Below are positions 63,061-64,000 of a stretch of DNA of 64,000 nt, piece after piece; the stretch's first letter is position 1; every line of letters begins with the position of its first letter. This DNA is from Octopus sinensis (lineage: Eukaryota). A model generated the notes under the pieces. It did no database searches, was not told where the DNA came from, and saw only the letters and a program-made list of their open reading frames with translations. The stretch spans positions 64,108,001 to 64,172,000 of the forward strand of contig NC_043000.1 in NCBI RefSeq assembly GCF_006345805.1, given 5' to 3'. A program made the position numbers and the translations under genes.

Positions 63061-64000
63061 TATAGTTAAGTAGTTTAGGTTTGTCATCAGCTATGTGTAT
63101 TAATTTTAAGCAAAGTATACTTTGTCTAACTTTTACTTGTTTCAGTCATTGGACTGCAGCCATGGGTTTAATTGAACAAATTGACCACAGTACTTTTAAA
63201 TCTGCCACTTATTCTATCAGTGAGACTGAACTCAAGACAGCATTCCTGTGTCTATATTATTATTTATTATTTTTAAAAATAGAGTACCTTGGGTTAATTT
63301 GAGTGGTTCTGAGACTAACAAAGATCAGTTCCCCCACCCCAAAAATTAGTAAAATTTTTGCCCCCAAGCTTTTTGTTAATGAGAAAACAAAATAATTTGC
63401 ATTCATATTATTCCTTTTTCATGATGGTTTTATTACTTTTATTAAATATTGCAATTTTTTCCTTACTTTTTTCAACCATCACTGCAACCCTCCCTATGAG
63501 AAACAATACCCCTCTTTCTCCTCCCCTACAAAAGATTGTAGCCCTTAGCCAGTCTTAGAAATTATTCTTATTGATGACATTGTAGTGTAGTGTGAAACCT
63601 TCATCAAATCAAGTTGATATCCATTCACAGCCTTATTCATTCACTCATTTGAGAAAACCATGTATCTCTCATAATCTCATTTCAACATTCTTATAAATAT
63701 GAGCCTTTATATCTGTGTAAGAAATTTTTGTGGCAATAGATTCCCTGTAAACCAAGTTTACAATCCAGTTTTAATATAGGAACAGCATAATGGTCACAAT
63801 TTCTTTCTCCTCTCCCTCCCCACCTGTCTAAACAGTTATTTCATTCTAGTATAAGAAAACATTTAAGTTATTGTGTTTTGCATTTCAGCTATAAAGTATC
63901 AGCCTTTTCCTTATCAGTCCGCTAGTAATCTATTAAACACAATAAAATTTAAACTTTAATGGTTTTATTAAAATATCAGACATACTTGTCTATTGAAGCC

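Overview
AT-rich, repeat-dense animal genomic DNA. The SINE/LINE families look like those of octopus (cephalopod); the species is inferred, not proven. One gene is confidently identified: a + strand prominin (CD133-like) gene. It has a probable promoter and non-coding first exon at about 24400-24557 and coding exons 25048-25267, 56364-56425, 58885-59090 and 59873-60002 (618 nt, 206 aa; the gene continues beyond the window). A 31-kb intron follows the first coding exon. Weaker exon candidates of an unidentified + strand gene lie upstream (9394-9520, 12076-12118). The rest is transposon debris: several tRNA-derived SINE families, RTE LINE fragments (one with a PHD finger inside the RT), a CRE-type REL-endonuclease fragment, a short Helitron with both ends, a mariner 3' end, piggyBac/pogo/Tc1-like MITEs, a Gag/ORF1-only CCHC element and Penelope-like (PLE) fragments. 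Nearly all ORF-track entries are microsatellite or SINE noise. The most interesting unannotated signals are five hammerhead-ribozyme-like motifs, three of which share a self-complementary helix III and show covarying helix I sequences with long unrelated helix II inserts. Others are a frame-preserving 114-nt candidate cassette exon in prominin intron 1 and an ORF1-only element ending in four repeated hairpins. I see no firm evidence of a wholly new biological system.
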